Source: Felis catus
Lineage: Eukaryota
DNA: 64,000 nt
Direction: 5' to 3'
Assembly (NCBI RefSeq): GCF_018350175.1
Contig: NC_058368.1
Location: 8,928,001 to 8,992,000 of the forward strand
Shown: positions 63,877-64,000 of the stretch, in pieces
Layout of the letters: every line of letters begins with the position of its first letter
Numbering within the stretch: position 1 is the stretch's first letter
The notes under the pieces: generated by a model
Seen by the model: only the letters and a program-made list of their open reading frames with translations
Database searches by the model: none
Told to the model about the DNA's origin: nothing
Made by a program: the position numbers and the translations under genes

Positions 63877-64000
63877 GGGAGCCTAGGTGGCTCAGTGGGT
63901 TGAGTGTCCAACTCTTGATTTTGGCTCAGGTCATGATGCCAGGGTCGTGAGATCAAGCCCTGCATCAGGCTCCACACTGAGCACAGAGCCTGCTTAAGAT
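63877..64000 (+). mobile_element. Can-SINE, truncated by the window edge
   Basis: gggagcctaggtggctcagtgggttgagtgtccaactcttgattttggctcaggtcatgat. Confidence 0.9.

Overview
Mammalian genomic DNA, almost certainly from a cat-family carnivore, judged from the abundant feline-type Can-SINEs and a felid-type L1 3' end. The whole window lies inside one minus-strand gene, SLC7A1 (CAT-1, high-affinity cationic amino acid transporter, system y+). Seven consecutive coding exons resolve to the base with GT-AG boundaries and matching phases: 18268-17899, 14398-14240, 12187-12013, 6241-6120, 5434-5212, 4440-4301 and 1751-1649. They total 1292 nt (codons 1-431, the last incomplete). A 100-nt non-coding 5'UTR exon lies at 33916-33817 and is invisible to the ORF track. 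Exon 1 with the promoter lies beyond 64000, and the remaining 3' exons lie before position 1. The rest is intron carrying about 16 Can-SINEs (many with clean target-site duplications), L1/L2/MIR relics, ERVL/MaLR LTRs, DNA-transposon relics (Charlie1, MER20, MER5, MER53) and microsatellites. I found no convincing novel biological system. The best second-look items are the retrovirus-receptor loop sequence, a miR-1302-like 21-mer in a MER53, an inverted SINE pair flanking the UTR exon, a poison alternative donor, a G4 next to a splice donor and candidate ATF4 elements. Exon numbers follow the recalled human gene. Repeat family names and human comparisons are from recall and were not checked by database search.
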